Source: Lingula anatina (lineage: Eukaryota > Animalia > Brachiopoda). From it: DNA of 64,000 nt. Below, one piece after another: positions 12,750 to 25,226 of this stretch (within the stretch, counting starts at the first letter, position 1; the number at the start of each line of letters is the position of its first letter). The position numbers and the translations under genes are program-made. The stretch covers positions 24,620,401 to 24,684,400 of the forward strand of contig CM120641.1 in assembly GCA_051362555.1 (NCBI GenBank), in the 5' to 3' direction. Below the pieces are notes generated by a model, which saw only the letters and a list, made by a program, of their open reading frames with translations, made no database searches and was not told where the DNA came from.

Positions 12750-15700
12750 GTCAGTAAAGTAGGAATATCCAAGAATTTGAAAAAATTCTTGTTTTATTTT
12801 GTAGATACTTTGGAATGATCTGTTGGCATTATAATATGATTTAAAGTAAATTGTTAGAAATCATATTTAGTTAAGGTAAATAAATTGATAAAATTTTTAT
12901 TTAATAATTTTTTATTTTACAGATGTTTGCTCTTGCTTATCATCAGTCCCGGTGGAACTATAACGATGAGGAAGATGTTAGCAAGTAAATATGACATTGA
13001 TTAAACTTTCAACTAGCTTTTCAGTAAACAAAAAAGCCTATTAGTACACAAAAAGACTTATGAAAAAAAAAGGAGAAAAAAACATAAATAAAAAAAAACA
13101 GTCATCTTTTAAATGATTCATGAGCACAGTAACTGCATATGAAAATAATTTTAGTCCTTTTGTGTTAGAAGTATGTTATTTATTGAATAGAAGTTAATCA
13201 GGTTGAAAAGAAGGGAAAAAAACACTATCCAAGAAAGTCCGTCATCCTATTGTTATATATGTAATGCCTATTTACATATTTATGTAGATTAAAGAGTCTG
13301 TAAATAAATTAATGGTTATAATTTCATTTTTTAAATTTTGGTTTCAGTGTTGATGCAAACTTTGACAAGCATGATATACCATATGATGTTATTTGGCTGG
13401 ATATTGAGCACACTGATGGTAAAAGGTAAGTCCACAATATAGAAAAATCAACCATGACTTTTAATATTTTTTAAGTTTATTATATCATAAGACACCCTCT
13501 TTTAGTTGAGATAATGTTTATACATTTTTTACAAATTCTATTTTTGTCTCTATCTTTTGTTAGACATAGAACAAGTAAAAATTTCCTAACCTTTAAGTGC
13601 CAGTTAGAGAATGTGAGATTTATTGAACATATGATCAGATTAATGATGATTAAATAGGGATATAATTTTGTAACTATATAAATTGATATATATAATATTT
13701 CAGATATTTCACCTGGGACAAGTCAAAGTTCCCTAATCCAGAGGAGATGGTCAGAAACATTTCAGCTAAGGGTAGGAAAATGGTCACCATTGTGGACCCT
13801 CATATAAAGAAAGATGACCACTACAAGATTTACAAAGAGTGTAGAGATCTGGGCCACTTCATCAAGAATAAAGATGGCAATGATTACGATGGCTGGTGTT
13901 GGCCTGGTGGGTAGAGCAGACTCCCATCAAATCATAACTGTTACAGACTTTGTTTAAAATTGTCTTGAATTCTATGAAAAAAGGAACCTAAGTTCTTAGC
14001 AGTTATAACTTTTTTCATAGAATTCAAGACAATTTTCAACATAGTCAGTAACAGTTATGATTTAATATGTCCTCAAAGGTCTGTAACTATTATAACTTAT
14101 TGTGTGCTCTAGGTAAAGATGGAACATACATTTTGTTATTTAAAACATCTCTTCTCAGGGGGAAAATTAAGAATATCCACTAGATTTTCAACTTAGGACA
14201 GAGGGTAATTTGAGAGCCTTAAATGAAAATTTAGCTTATTTTGTTTTCAAATTAGATTTATGTATTTATATACAGGCTCCTCCAGTTGGCCAGATTTCAC
14301 AAAGCCAGCAATCAGACAGTACTGGGCTAGTAAGTTTGCCGTGGAAGAGTATGAAGGCTCCACGCTGGACTTGCACACCTGGAATGACATGAATGAGCCC
14401 TCTGTCTTCAATGGGCCAGAGATTACCATGCATAAAGATGCCAAGCACGATGGTGGATGGGAACACAGGGATGTTCACAATATTTATGGAATGTTTGTGG
14501 TAAGGAGTCCGTCCAGACCTGAGGCCTGTTTCACAAACAAAAATATCAAATTGAAAATTTATCTAAAATATTTTTTTAAAAAATTTATCGCTCAAATTAG
14601 GAAAAATTCTTATTCATACACAACTGAGAGTCTATAATGGTGGTTTCCTTGTTGACAGACATGAAGAGGACAAGAAAAATATTATATATAAAAAAGAATA
14701 ATCAGGATATGTGTAAATTAATCACCAACACAGCTTAAAAAAACATCCATATTTTTTTGTTTCTATTCCCAGCATCAAGCCACAGTGGAGGGGATGGTAG
14801 CCAGGACTGGAGGACTGTTACGGCCATTTGTACTGTCCAGGGCCTTCTTTGCTGGGTCCCAGAGATGGGGTGAAGATTTTTTCTAAAATTCAGGGTTCCA
14901 TTGGCAGTTGAGATACCGTTACAAAATATTGGAAAGTTAGATTTAAAAAAATAAAGTTTGAGAGATTCAAAATTTTTTTTATCCTCCTGATATAGCATGG
15001 TGTTAGGGTATTTGAAAAATTATAGTTTTAAGTTTGGGATATTTTTTCCATCAGCTTGATCTTAACTGGGCATTTTCAGGGGCCGTGTGGACGGGTGATA
15101 ACACTGGAGAATGGGGTCATCTCAAAGTTTCCATGCCCATGATTCTGTCCCTCAGTATCACAGGGATCACCTTCAGTGGAGCAGATGTGGGAGGGTTCTT
15201 CAAGAATCCAGATTCTGAACTCCTCACCAGGTGGTACCAGGTCAGTATTTTAAATATTTATTTCTTTAGATTATTTTGAGAGTATTTTGGAAGAAGATTT
15301 AAGGTTTTAAATAATATAAAACTTGTAAAGAACAATTATGAAATCATTTTTATTTAGAAATGTTACACAATGCTGGTATGGCTGTTAGGTTTTGGGAGGT
15401 GAGAGTTGCAGAGTACCACAGAGTGACTCCCAATTCCAGTCTTTTATTCCATAAATGATTTGCCTGGGTATGCCATAAAGACTTAATTTTGTAGGAAAAA
15501 AATAGGTTTCATTTTAAAAAATGAGATAAGACAAAAAAAGGCCTGTCATTGGTTATGTACTTACTGACTGACGAAAATTTCACAATATGTCTGAAATTGT
15601 TCTTGAATTAGATACTAAATACCAAAAATTAAACATTCAGTTTCTATCACTGTAATTGGACATTGCTCATATAAATGATCTTGCACCTGAATGAGATACC

Positions 15701-18569
15701 TAGAAAACAGGACAATATTGGAAATCATATATGTCTTCTAGAGAATGACCATTGTTATTTAGTTTTAAAGGTATCTTATGACCATGAAAACATTTTTACA
15801 GTAATTTCTGAAATTCTAGAGATGAATGTCCTGTATGATTGAAGTTCTATAGAATCTTGATTCCACTTTAATATTCAGGCTGCAGCATATCAGCCATTCT
15901 TCCGTGCTCATGCTCACTTGGACACACGCCGACGTGAGCCGTGGCTGCTTCCTGAAGAAAACATGAAGGTGATTCGCCAGGCAATACGGGAACGTTATGC
16001 ACTGCTCCCTTACTGGTACACATTGTTCTACAAGGCTGAAAAAGATGGCGGCCCTGTTATGAGACCATTGTGGGTGGAATTTCCATCTGAAAAAGGACTT
16101 TTCAAAGAGGAGGAGACATTCATGATAGGTGAGTATCAAAGATAACCCCAAGACTTATATGCTAAGTTTCTTAGTGGTCATCAGATCTTGATTTAGTGTT
16201 CATGAAGTCTGAACCACAAACCTTGCTTAAAGACATTAAGGAAAATCTAGACTGTATGACATTTCCAGTATTGATGTTGCCTGAAAATGAGGTGACTCAC
16301 TTGCTGTCTCAATAAATAAAAACTCTAATATTCTGCTAAGGTGATGCCTTAATGGTACGCCCAGTCACTGCAGCCGGTACCCAAGGAGTCAATGTTTTCT
16401 TCCCAGGGGGCACTGAACAGGTAAAATTCAGAAATCAGTTTTCTGTAATGCCAGATTACATCCAATTTTACTAGTTGGGCTATGAAATAACCAGCTAAAA
16501 GTCAAATCTGTGGCTAAAAGATTAGTGTATGTGTCTGTGTCTTTGTATAACCTTAGAATGTGAGATTTTTGACAAATGCTTAAAAAAATTGGAAAATTTT
16601 ATTATTTTTTTAATGTAAGAATTTTGTTTTGTCATTTTAAGCTTAAAGTTGATTCAAATTTAAATATTGTTGCATTGATAAATGAGATGTTAAGAAAGGA
16701 TTGTTTCAGTCTGCTATTTATGATTTCATATGTGCTGTAATGAGAAGTACGATAACAATAATGATGACATGTTTACGAACATTGTTAGATGACCAGTAAA
16801 GATAATATAAACATAAACTCTCTTTTTGGATTTATATATTTATGGCAAAGACTACGACATTGCATCTGAGATGCAGAAGTCATTGTGAAAAAGAAAAGCA
16901 TTGTCATAATTATAGTCTGCAAATGAAAACAAGAAATTTAATGTAAATAGTGATTAATATTATTAAACTCAGGTGGGTTTTGTAAAGTTACAGTCTGATA
17001 TCACAAGAAATTTAATGTAAATAGTGATTAATATTATTAAACTCAGGTGGGTTTTGTAAAGTTACAGTCTGATATCACTTTTTTTAGAAATTTCTGAAAT
17101 AAAAGCAAGAAGCTGTATTTAAATATTTAAATAGTGAATAGAGTTTCAGAAAGATTTGTGTTTTTCTAGTACTGGTATGATACAGACACAACTGAGCGTG
17201 TCTTTGGAGGTGCAGCACATTATGTAAAAACTCCACTGGATAAGGTAGGTGAACCAATATTTTCATTTTAGATTATACATGGTGTAATGTTAGTAATTGT
17301 TAGTTATGACAGTGGATCTCATTAGTTTTGTTTATTGACTTGTAGGCTTTCCTCAGCCGTTGTTTATTCATGTTAAAATATTGAATATGTCTAAGGATTG
17401 TAAATAACTTTTACAAGGAGGTGTTATATGGAAAGCTATAAGAAAAATGAAGGATTTATTTTCTGTGAATGCATATTGTGCTATTTATCCCCCATTGTGT
17501 TATCAGGTTATACGCCATATTTTTTCTAGATCCCAACATTCCAAAGAGGAGGCAGTATCATTCCTAAAAAAGAGCGCATTCGCCGGGCATCAAACTTGGG
17601 AAGACATGACCCATACACACTGGTTGTGGCATTAGATAGAAAGGTAAGGACATTTTTCCACCTTCACTTTTCCCAAAAATTATTAAGCAAAAGAAAAAGA
17701 TGGTAAAAGAAAACTTCTCTTCTGATATGTATATATAATAAGATAAAACCAACATTGATAGTATTTTACCTTTGATTCAATTAAAAAAAAATTAATTTCA
17801 GGGTTCAGCCAGAGGAGATTTGTACATTGATGATTATCATACATTCCACTACAGAAAGGGTGACTTTATCTACAGAGAATTAATTTTTAAAGACAAAGTC
17901 CTAGAAAATAAGTAAGTACATTCACTGCAGATTTGTTGTGTGTACATATAAATGCTTCTCACTTCTATACTCACATGCACTTAGTGTAACAGGCTCACAG
18001 AGAAATACTCTATTAAATATACATGACTTTATTTATGTTTTTAAGCATATTCTTAAACGAGAGAAAAAATATTGACCATTTTTCCACTTGAAATTGCCTT
18101 ATTCTCAGAATAAATTTTCCCAGAAATGGTAACCCAGGGTCGACCTTCACCACTCCCTCCTGGCTGGAGAAGGTCATCATTATGGGGCTCAGCACCAGTC
18201 CTTCAGCTGTAACTATCTCTAGTCCAAGTGAGTATCTCTTCTGATGATTTTTTATCTTAATTATGCAAAAAAAAGGGTGGGGTATAAAATTGGTTAGACT
18301 TCTGAGAACAAAAAAAAAAAAAAAAGAATTCTTGGGTGGGATACCACAGGTTAGATATTTTATACTTTAAACCCTTTTTGACATCTGATGGTTTGAGATA
18401 ATACTACACACTTGAAGACACATTTCTTTATGATGAATTATTTCATATTTTTCTTCCAGAATCTGCCAGTACTAGCCTAGGTTTTACATATGACTCTGTA
18501 AAGATGATCTTGACCATTAGAAAACCAGCAGTAAATATTGCAGAAGATTGGACTATTAGTATACAGTAA
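2564..18569 (+). CDS. GANAB: Neutral alpha-glucosidase AB / glucosidase II alpha subunit (GH31), 23 coding exons, about 968 aa (950 aa with the shorter exon 5)
   Basis: Exons 2564-2580, 6384-6494, 6746-6988, 7275-7466, 10188(or 10242)-10308, 10743-10845, 11149-11245, 11564-11665, 11945-12023, 12474-12647, 12923-12984, 13348-13425, 13704-13906, 14276-14499, 14773-14869, 15080-15240, 15879-16128, 16341-16420, 17170-17244, 17530-17643, 17802-17911, 18124-18227, 18460-18569. All are GT-AG and phase-consistent, 2907 nt in total. A signal peptide is followed by [19 protein letters not shown]. Other motifs: [15 protein letters not shown]31 nucleophile [10 protein letters not shown], acid/base WTGDN, FFRAHAH and C-terminal [17 protein letters not shown]. 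Confidence 0.97.
3057..3117. repeat. (CCGCCGGCT)n 9-bp minisatellite, about 7 copies, inside the Helentron 5' end
   Basis: Directly visible. It produces the PPA-repeat ORF at 2961-3146. Confidence 0.95.
4010..5580. repeat. 146-bp tandem array, about 10.7 copies, inside the Helentron
   Basis: TATCTCCAAAACTGG recurs at 4016, 4162, 4308, 4454, 4600, 4746, 4892, 5038, 5184 and 5330, an exact 146-bp period. The last copy from about 5476 is more diverged. Confidence 0.97.
8425..9280 (+). mobile_element. Internally deleted Tc1/mariner transposon in GANAB intron 4
   Basis: Perfect 28-bp TIRs TACTGAACAAAAATATAAACGCACGAAA (8425-8452 / 9253-9280) flanked by TA (8423-8424 and 9281-9282). It contains transposase remnants. 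Confidence 0.93.
8723..9080 (+). pseudogene. Tc1 transposase remnant (N-terminal HTH fused to the C-terminal tail; DDE domain deleted)
   Basis: [40 protein letters not shown] (paired-like HTH) is joined almost directly to [27 protein letters not shown] (Tc1 C-terminus). There is an in-frame stop at 9011-9013. Confidence 0.88.
9641..9751. mobile_element. Foldback/MITE-like palindrome built from CCTATAGGAT subrepeats
   Basis: GAAAAAGTCCTATAGGATCCTATAAGATCCTATAGGAAATTGG-G-CCAATTTCCTATAG...GGATCTTATAGGATCCTATAGGACTTTTTC. The arms are nearly perfectly complementary, with one extra 10-bp unit on the right arm. Confidence 0.75.
12687..12749. repeat. (ATT)n microsatellite
   Basis: Directly visible in GANAB intron 10. 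Confidence 0.97.
13929..14063. repeat. Long inverted repeat (55-bp arms, 3 mismatches, 25-nt loop)
   Basis: 13929-13983 is the reverse complement of 14009-14063 except at 3 positions. Confidence 0.92.
16929..17078. repeat. Perfect 74-bp tandem duplication (2 copies)
   Basis: ACAAGAAATTTAATGTAAATAG...CAGTCTGATATC starts at 16929 and again at 17003. Confidence 0.95.
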
Positions 18570-19462
18570 AAGATCTTGTGATTTAAATAATTGTAGAATC
18601 ATCCAGTCATTTATTCATAATACTAAATTGCAGAGTAAAAGATCTTTATGTGCGAAAAAAATTGAAGTAAATTTGAAGGTCAGAAGCATAAGATATCGGT
18701 GTATGAAATTTATATTGATAATCATGATGTGAAACAAAGGAATGTGCTGAAATTTTAAGCAATATTTGGTTCTTTCAAAGTGACTGTTTCCCTTGTGGTA
18801 CAAGTTTATCAGCATATTTGCTGTTTATGTAATATATAAATTGTAACAAATGTATGGTACATTTCTTTTGATGTCATAGTGACTTATAATGTAATTATAT
18901 TACCATCTCTTCCCAACAGTTGTTTAACTACCATTGTTTGAGAAGAAATGTTTTTTAATCTTTAAAATTTAAACATGTCAGTATATTCTCCTATTACAAT
19001 AATGGCATGAAATCTATGCATTTGTCATTTTGTGGTATAACTCAGTTTGGGTTTATCCACTTATATGAATTCTTTGTTCTGTAACCTGTTTGGAAAATCA
19101 AGATTCCAGTAATAAGCAAAGTGAATTTTATAGTTTTTTCAATTTCAACTGTGTTGAATGTCATTTAAATGCTTTGTGTAAAAAAAGAGAAAATAAAATT
19201 GAAAATTTCTACAGTGTACAGTCCACTAAGAGATGTAATCATTTATAATATAATTTGTGCAAGATTATACTGCCAGGATGTGCTCAGGAGGTACCTTGCT
19301 ATGGCCTTAAATTGGCAATTCTGCTCCCATATAGACTATAGATATCCATGGCATCTACTTTTCATTGTACAAATACCTGTCTTTCTATTTTGATGTTTGC
19401 TAACATTTCTATTTTGACCTGTCTGCTTTGGGGGTTATTCAGTGCATTATGATGTGGTATTC

Positions 19463-19468
19463 AATAAA
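19463..19468 (+). terminator. Candidate polyadenylation signal of GANAB
   Basis: AATAAA about 0.9 kb after the stop, at the end of a TG-rich 3' UTR-like tract. Confidence 0.5.
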
Positions 19469-20370
19469 AGGAAACCTTGTGAAAATCTTTCAACTTAATA
19501 ATGGAAGCTGGATATGAAAAATAAACATTTCAACAGTGCCAGTTATCTCTATAGCTAAAAGTTTGAGTGAAAACGCAAGGCAGTCTACTTTTAATACTAT
19601 TTGCAGATAACAGTTTGTCTTATGTGCCACAAAGCTGATGAAAAAATGCATTTTCTGTTTCATCTTATAAACCCAGGTCCTTTGAGGTCTTAAGTGCTGT
19701 TTATAAGGAATAATTATCATCTAGCACTGGAAAAAAATCCCTAGATACAATGTAGTATTTCCATGATTTTACTGTGCTGGCCAGTGAAGTATCAAGCAAA
19801 TCAATTTGCCTTATGTGGACTAAAGACTCAGTATCATAGCAAAATAGCTAACACTTCAAAGGTTGGTAGATAATATACAGGACGTGAAGGTTGATTGTAC
19901 TTGAATTCTTAATGAGATAAATTACTATGAGTACAGTCATAATACAACGGCAAAAAGTTATGCAAATTGGGTTCAAAATAAAAAATTTCAAAGGGGGGCT
20001 TTCTTTTTAAGTACAAAAAGTCCGTGAACATGTTCAAATTTTTTGAGCAAATGGTTTTAGAATGGGGTGTGCTCATATGCATGTACAAAACCCAGAAAGT
20101 GAGGAGGGCTGAAACTTTTTATTTGAAAACTGCCAACAACTGACTCATTGTAAATTCCCATTCATGAGTATCAAAGGTGGATTCCGTTTCATCAGAAATC
20201 TGACATGATTACAAAAGTGATGGGACAAAATTTACTGAGTGAAATCACTGGGTTTTTTTTATTTCATAATTGATCGGTATTTAACGAGTCCATATTCTAA
20301 ACCAATAAAAATGCTGAATCATTGCACTCCTGGGCACTGTATGATATTGGTATAGATTAACAAAGAAACT

Positions 20371-20387
20371 AGTGGGAATTTCCCACT
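20371..20387. promoter_or_regulatory. NF-kB site in an extended palindrome downstream of IkB
   Basis: AGTGGGAATTTCCCACT; the core GGGAATTTCC fits GGGRNNYYCC. Confidence 0.6.
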
Positions 20388-21494
20388 TTCAAATTACACA
20401 GGTGTGCCTCATGAAGGCAGTTAACTGTGATATCCATTGTATGTTTGTCTGGGTTTATATCCAGGTCACTTGTATACACCCACTTCTGCTTCTCTCTGAA
20501 GTTTTAAATAACAGTTATGATTCAGAATGAGACATAACTGGATTTTGAACTATTTCATTTAAGGAAACCCACACATGTCTTTTTTCTAAAAGTAAATATT
20601 AAAAGAAAGTATGATTCAGATATATCTTGAACTAATCCAAACACTCTTCAGACATGAGCTTTCCATGTTTTTTAATTCAATTCTGATTGTTCCTGAGATT
20701 CCCCGGCCGGTTAGCTGTTGGGTCCAAGATAAGTGTTCAGAGGGTTTTTTAAAAACCTAGGCTCATGTTTGACTAGTATTAATATTTCAATCACAAATGT
20801 GTTCTTTAGAGTATACAAATAGACACTAGTCTTGTAAATTTTACATGGGGGATATACCTTGAGATCTGAAGAAATTTAACATGATTTCTTGGAATAGAAT
20901 ACTTGAAAGTTTTCTTCCACTTTTCCGTTGTTTTTTTTTTTTTACCAAAATAAAAAACATTTCATACTTGAAAATTTTTCTTTCATTTTTCCTATTTATT
21001 TTCAAATACCCATAACAAAAAATCCCCCGTGGAGAATCTGTCTCTAATCACATTGGAAATTTTTTTTAAAAAGTATGATAAACTGTGTAATATGAGGAAA
21101 CTGCTTGGTTCTTAGAACTGATAAACAACATCCCCTTGCTTTGCAATCAACCACTTCCTTCAACACCAATCATGAATTAGTTATGCACCACTTCCTGCTG
21201 CATGGAACCATTTTTGGCATAATATAATTGAAGAGGCCTTAGTGAGTTTTTTCATGATGTTCATCACTGATGATTAATTATTTAAGGAAAACCCAGTTTG
21301 AACACAAATTTCGGGTTCTTTTGACGGAGGTCCACAACATAAATTAAGGTCACAATTCAACCTCTAGTCTTTTCAGACGTGCATCAGAAAAATTTGTCAG
21401 AATCATGTCTTTGAAAGCAAAACAATTTAACAACACAGATTAAATTCGTCTAATGAAAGAATACACACATATAAAGTTCAGTTGTATTTAAATA

Positions 21495-21500
21495 TTTATT
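21495..21500 (-). terminator. Candidate polyadenylation signal of IkB
   Basis: TTTATT on the + strand (AATAAA on -), about 0.9 kb past the IkB stop codon. Confidence 0.5.
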
Positions 21501-22385
21501 TCAGAAATTTACATCAAATATAGGTGCCTAAGAAATATGTGATAATGACGGAAAAATGTGGAACACAAGCTTTTATCTTGAAGAAAACTTTTTACAAGTG
21601 TCTCTTAGGGCAGAATTTTATTTTGCACTCTCATGTTCTTCAATATTGACATTTACCATTCCACATTTAATAATTTCTAACACTCAAATTGCATATATGC
21701 ATATATTTATTTACATACTATGTACACTTCTTTTCATACTACTCATCTGTCTACTCTCAAAACTTTGAGATCAGGGTTTGCACAACTATTTTCATTAGGT
21801 TATCATTAAAATAATAATCTGATACGGATTATTTTATCCAGAGAAGAATCAAAAGATATTGCAGATATTGTAAATATGATTTTGTGCTGTAATCAGTGTT
21901 CATGGATTGAATTAAACTCTAGGTTAAGCAGGACCAGTCGGCCTTGAAAACTACTAGCCTAAATGTGCTGTCAATTTAGAGCCTCTAGATCTAAAACAGT
22001 TTCAAAGAAGACTTCTCAATAAAATTACTAGTAAGATATTATGAAAATTTCATTTTTAATAACGACTACAAACTTCAGACACAAAATTTCTGAAACAAAT
22101 TCTTAGAAATATGATGCCTCCAAGTTTTTCTTTTAAAAATGTAAAAAGCAAACTTTGCCGGACTTTCACAGTACCAGAGAATACAAGGACTGCTGCTATT
22201 GGAAAAGTCTGATTGAATGGTTATTAAACCAGTTCTTTACTGTAACAGTCTGTGTAAGACTGGCATCAATCTGAAAGAAGCTGGAAGTGTAGTTTCCAAG
22301 ACTCCAGAGAAAGCTCTTTTTACAAATAAAAATACATCTTCTCATGTAAAGTTTGCCGCCAAAACTACCATTGGCACTTGTCCAA

Positions 22386-25181
22386 CTAGTGAACTGGTTG
22401 TCCACCAATCATAAGATCATCAATCTGAAATACAAACATGGAAAATTTAAAGATATTTTTCCCGTAACTTGCACTTTTGTTATGAGTGCATAATCTTGAC
22501 AAGTAAATATAGCCTGCTATAATGCACAAAAGGTAAAAACTTTTCTTGCATTTTCCATCCAAACAATTGAAAAAGAAACCTGTCAGCTGACATTCATATA
22601 AAAAAATTAACTCTCCTGCCCTTCCTTCTTGCACTTTATCTACCTCGATTGAAAATACCTATGATGACAAAAATTTCCCAACGTATTTATCAATGGACTT
22701 TCAAATTTGTTCCCAGGGCACAAGTGGGCTTATCAAATAATCAATACTGGCTGGCAAGATGCCATGCCAAGATAAAGAAAATGGAAATTTTCCATAAGGG
22801 GATTCCCCTATCTAGACAAAGACTATTATGGAGACCAAACTTGTGTTGCTATCCACAATACAAAGGAGCATTCAAATTTCGCTCTCCTGCTGCTACCTTA
22901 TTTTTCTTCATATTGGAAAATATTTTTCTTTCGTTGATATAAAAATACTCTGAAAATTTCTGAATTCAATTTACACTTTTTTTATATCAATTTCACTAAA
23001 TACTTCCCTTAAAATCTACTGTTGATAATAAATATGTCCACATGTTAATTCAGACTTTCCAAAGACAAAATATTCCTTAACATGAGAAAACCTACCAGAT
23101 CTTCATCAGAGCCTTCATCTGAGGGATCTGAGAGTATATCTGTCCACTGTGCAAAATCTGCTCCAGCGTTGACCAGAGCAGTGGCGATATCTGTGAACTT
23201 TCTACCCATGGCCAGACCAAGTGCTGATTTGAAGTCAAATGTCTTAGCCTCCAAGTTGATGTCTGTGTGTTGCAGCAAGTAGTAGATTAACTCAACGTTG
23301 TGGTTTTCAACTGCATGGTGAAGAATGTTCCTTCCACTCTTTCCATCCTAATGTAAAAAAAAAAAAAAATTAATAAATAAATGTTATACTAGTAAGTTAT
23401 ACTGAAAATTTACATTCAAAAAAGACATTTAGACTTTTTTCATAAAAGAATGACTTTCTTATATTCCAATCACATTAAAATCTCAAAAATCAAGTTGTTC
23501 AGCATTTTTTAAACAAAAACAAAAATTAGAATATTGTTCTATTTTACCTCAATGTTCACGTCTGCTCCCAGTTTCACCAGGTAGTCTACCACACCCACAT
23601 GACCTCTCTCTGCAGCCAGATGAAGGCAACTCATTCCTGAAATATTAATAATAAGATGATGTGACCACCATTGCTCTGCAGATAAAAAGGATTATATGTA
23701 CCAGGAAATACTAGGACACTTCAATTCCTTTGTTCATTGTTCATTATCTGAAAATCTTCAGGTGCATATTTTCATTTCCTGGTGGTAAAATAGGGAACTG
23801 GGCTAACAGATTTGAGAAATAAACAGCTAAAAGCTTTACAAATTGAAAATTGATCTTTATGAACTGATCCATCATCCTGCAGAATATAGTTAAGATTAAC
23901 AAGGCGATACAATAATAATAACAATTAAATAGAACATACCGTTGTAGTTGCGTGCATTGAGATCTTGAGGAATTTTCTGGTATGGTACTTGGTATGTGTT
24001 CTGGCTGACCTCTCTGTGTGTAACCGGTGTGGTCAACATTCTCACCCCCTCAATGTGTCCCTCACGGCACGCTATGTGTAGGGCTGTGTTGCCATGGCGA
24101 TCACGCTGTTCCACACTTGCACCTGCACACATCAGTCTGCGGATCACTACAGGTTGTTTTGTGATGGCTGCTAAGTGCAGAGGTGCTTGCCCCAGGTTGT
24201 TCTGGATATTGACCCATTTAAAGTAAGGAGCCAAGTCAATGATCTGCAGCGCTACATATTCTACCATTTGTATCAGGGCCACGTGTAACTGGCTGAAACG
24301 TCAAAGAAAGTGAAGCTATACACAATTTGCATTAAATGTCAATAAAATAAATTTTTTAAGAAAATATTTCAAAAACCTAAAATACATTAAAGGTCAAACA
24401 ATGGTCATTAACTTCAAAACTATTTTGGAACCAATTTCTAATTTACATTTTTTTTTTTTTTTTTTTTTTTGAAATAATCAATTTTTCACAATTTTTAATG
24501 AGTGTAGCTCGATTGAAGCAGATGCCATTGCTGATAAAAGGTACTGGGCTGGCCGCTCCCCACCCAACCACCATTTGGGATTGATTTGCCCCTAGTGTCT
24601 CTGTGTGATATGAATACACAACAACTGGAAATCCCGACTTGAGTCACATGACTGGAAATTTTGACACCATAAGAAGAACACATCATTTCGGAATTTTAGA
24701 ACTATTTTACTTTTCATTTCTTTAAAAGAAAATTGTTCACTTACGTATCTCCGTCCTCGTCTTGAGAATACAAATCAATTTGTTGCTGAGTTAGCTGGCC
24801 GTTTGCAGGAGCAAACGGCGTGTCATTGTCCTCAGTAAAACCCTGATCACTGTCAATTCTGTCACTATCACTTTTACGCTCAGAACCTCTGTCCTGTTCA
24901 CATGATTCAGAAATAGGCTGTGATTCTAATTTCAATCTGTCTATTCCATCTGTCAAAGAGTCTGATGTGGATGAATTGAAAGATCCAATTGAGCCGAATC
25001 CTGAATCATATCGCGTGCCGCTCAAGGTGTCCGTTTCTGGTTTCCCTAACAAATATGGCGGAGGTCGCAACCTGGAGTAGTCCAATTTTGACAAATCTAT
25101 TTCGTCTTCTCTTGAACCAACTCGATTGAAAGGAGCATCATAAGCACAATCTGTCTCCACGTCGCACGGTAGGTCACTCAT
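22386..25181 (-). CDS. IKB: NF-kappaB inhibitor (IkappaB-alpha/epsilon / cactus-like ankyrin-repeat protein), 5 exons, 389 aa
   Basis: Exons 25181-24745, 24292-23940, 23636-23548, 23347-23096 and 22424-22386, phase-consistent, 1170 nt. The IKK/beta-TrCP degron is YDSGFGS. Ankyrin repeats include QDEDGDTQLHVA, NNLGQAPLHLA, DRHGNTALHIAC, NYNGMSCLHLAA and DGKSGRNILHHAVE. An acidic PEST segment (SDPSDEGSDED) precedes the C-terminus IDDLMIGGQPVH, which resembles the DDxxxGGQ tail of vertebrate IkB-alpha. Confidence 0.96.
22671..22808. promoter_or_regulatory. kB-site cluster in the last intron of IkB
   Basis: AAAATTTCCC (22671-22680, GGGAAATTTT on -), GGAAATTTTCC (22783-22793) and GGGGATTCCCC (22798-22808). 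Confidence 0.6.
24626..24646. promoter_or_regulatory. Adjacent kB-like and AP-1 sites in IkB intron 1
   Basis: TGGAAATCCC (24626-24635; GGGATTTCCA on -) next to TGAGTCA (24640-24646). Confidence 0.55.
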
Positions 25182-25226
25182 TTTGAATGAATTCTTGTCC
25201 TGTTTTTTATCTGAAATCGCACATTC

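Noticed and set aside
14247-16151. Antisense ORFs overlapping GANAB exons (14247-14444, 14266-14478, 14735-14998, 15816-16151)
   Set aside because: They are shadows of GC-richer coding exons on the opposite strand and show no independent motifs.
11941-16340. Unusual AAG acceptors of GANAB exons 9 (11944) and 18 (16340) as possible U12-type introns
   Set aside because: The donors are ordinary GTAATT and GTGAGT, not GTATCCT, so these are weaker U2 acceptors. Frame and homology support them.
22196-22414. ORFs just past the IkB stop as stop-codon read-through or an extra exon
   Set aside because: An in-frame TAG follows within six codons, and the annotated C-terminus already matches IkB-family tails.
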